IMG/VR virus record: IMGVR_UViG_3300045988_156211
Direction: 5' to 3' (one strand)
DNA from: a virus
DNA length: 64,000 bases
Shown here: in pieces, positions 63,697 through 64,000 of the stretch
Layout of the letters: each line of letters opens with the position of its first letter
How positions within the stretch are numbered: the first letter of the stretch is position 1
Program-made: the position numbers and the translations under genes
Notes under the pieces: model-generated
Told to the model about the DNA's origin: nothing
The model's database searches: none
What the model saw: only the letters and a program-made list of their open reading frames with translations

Positions 63697-64000
63697 TTAC
63701 CTCCTATGTTTATTTATCAATATTCTAGGGTTAGGTACATCTAAAGGACCAGGTCTTTTTAATCGAACGTTTCTTGGAGGTATGATTGGTCTATAGTTCT
63801 CACAGAATGGCAAGAATATATCCAATCGATTTGCTAAAGTACATAAGTTTTTACGTAATTCATCAATTATACCTCCAGGTTTTAAAGCATCGGTAAAAGC
63901 TTTGAATAAACTGCTTCCACTTTCTGTTAACTTATCATAATACTGTACTTCTGTTGGACCAGTAGTTATAGATTTAATCCTATCACCCCTTGCAGAATCT
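63697..64000 (-). CDS. hypothetical protein, 5'-truncated by the window edge
   Basis: Hand translation of the minus strand gives an open frame, ...DSARGDRIKSITTGPTEVQYYDKLTESGSSLFKAF...PNPRILINKHRR*, ending at the TAA at 63697..63699. It is not in the ORF track because it has no start within the window. Confidence 0.45.
   Translation of the reverse strand, partial: DSARGDRIKSITTGPTEVQYYDKLTESGSSLFKAFTDALKPGGIIDELRKNLCTLANRLDIFLPFCENYRPIIPPRNVRLKRPGPLDVPNPRILINKHRR

Noticed and set aside
1-64000. I considered stop-codon reassignment (TAG or TGA recoding, as in some Bacteroidota phages), and looked for tRNA genes, introns and homing endonucleases.
   Set aside because: The late genes, including ORFs of 1414, 766, 702 and 681 codons, are uninterrupted under the standard code. 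The intergenic gaps are short, very AT-rich, and accounted for by promoters and terminators. No cloverleaf-like or intron-like structure and no HNH/GIY-YIG/LAGLIDADG motif was recognised by eye. A tRNAscan or Infernal run would be needed to exclude small RNAs formally.

Overview
This window is a contiguous piece of a large, AT-rich tailed dsDNA phage genome, about 30% G+C judged from sampled lines rather than computed. The tail is contractile with a Mu/P2-style baseplate. All genes but one lie on the minus strand. From right to left the layout is as follows. (1) 63.7-53.8 kb holds fibre/receptor-binding genes plus small head-tail and tail-completion genes. (2) 53.8-36.0 kb holds sheath, tube, a chaperone with a -1 frameshift, tape measure, LysM protein, hub, spike, gp25-like, gpJ-like, a giant 1414-aa gpI-like protein and a tail-collar fibre. 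(3) 35.3-35.9 kb holds a single plus-strand sigma-like gene. (4) 35.1-14.9 kb is a replication, recombination and nucleotide-metabolism module: DnaB-like helicase, primase, SF2 helicase, trimeric dUTPase, all-alpha NTP pyrophosphatase, ThyA-family enzyme, family A DNA polymerase, GroES-like protein, RecA/UvsX-like protein, FEN, P-loop kinase, Mre11/Rad50-like nuclease and an Hjc-like resolvase. (5) 14.9-13.2 kb holds NusG-like and HTH regulators. (6) 13.1-0.2 kb holds about 28 small early ORFs, mostly of unknown function. A cassette repeated five times carries a Bacteroidetes-type promoter (TTTG-N20-TAnnTTTG), which points to a Bacteroidota host. No rRNA, tRNA, CRISPR array, integrase, transposase or reverse transcriptase was recognised. 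Six signals look most unusual. First, the palindrome CCCGGG occurs 24 times in all three reading frames, against roughly one expected by chance. Second, a nucleotide-metabolism gene set is consistent with cytosine replacement or modification. Third, two islands of about 45% G+C sit in the fibre region, one encoding a Cys-rich two-gene cassette. Fourth, there is a cluster of Lys-rich proteins plus a poly-Asp/Glu protein. Fifth, an early promoter-leader cassette is conserved in five copies. Sixth, there are two candidate recoding sites. All functional calls come from motif recognition by eye, and no database search was possible.
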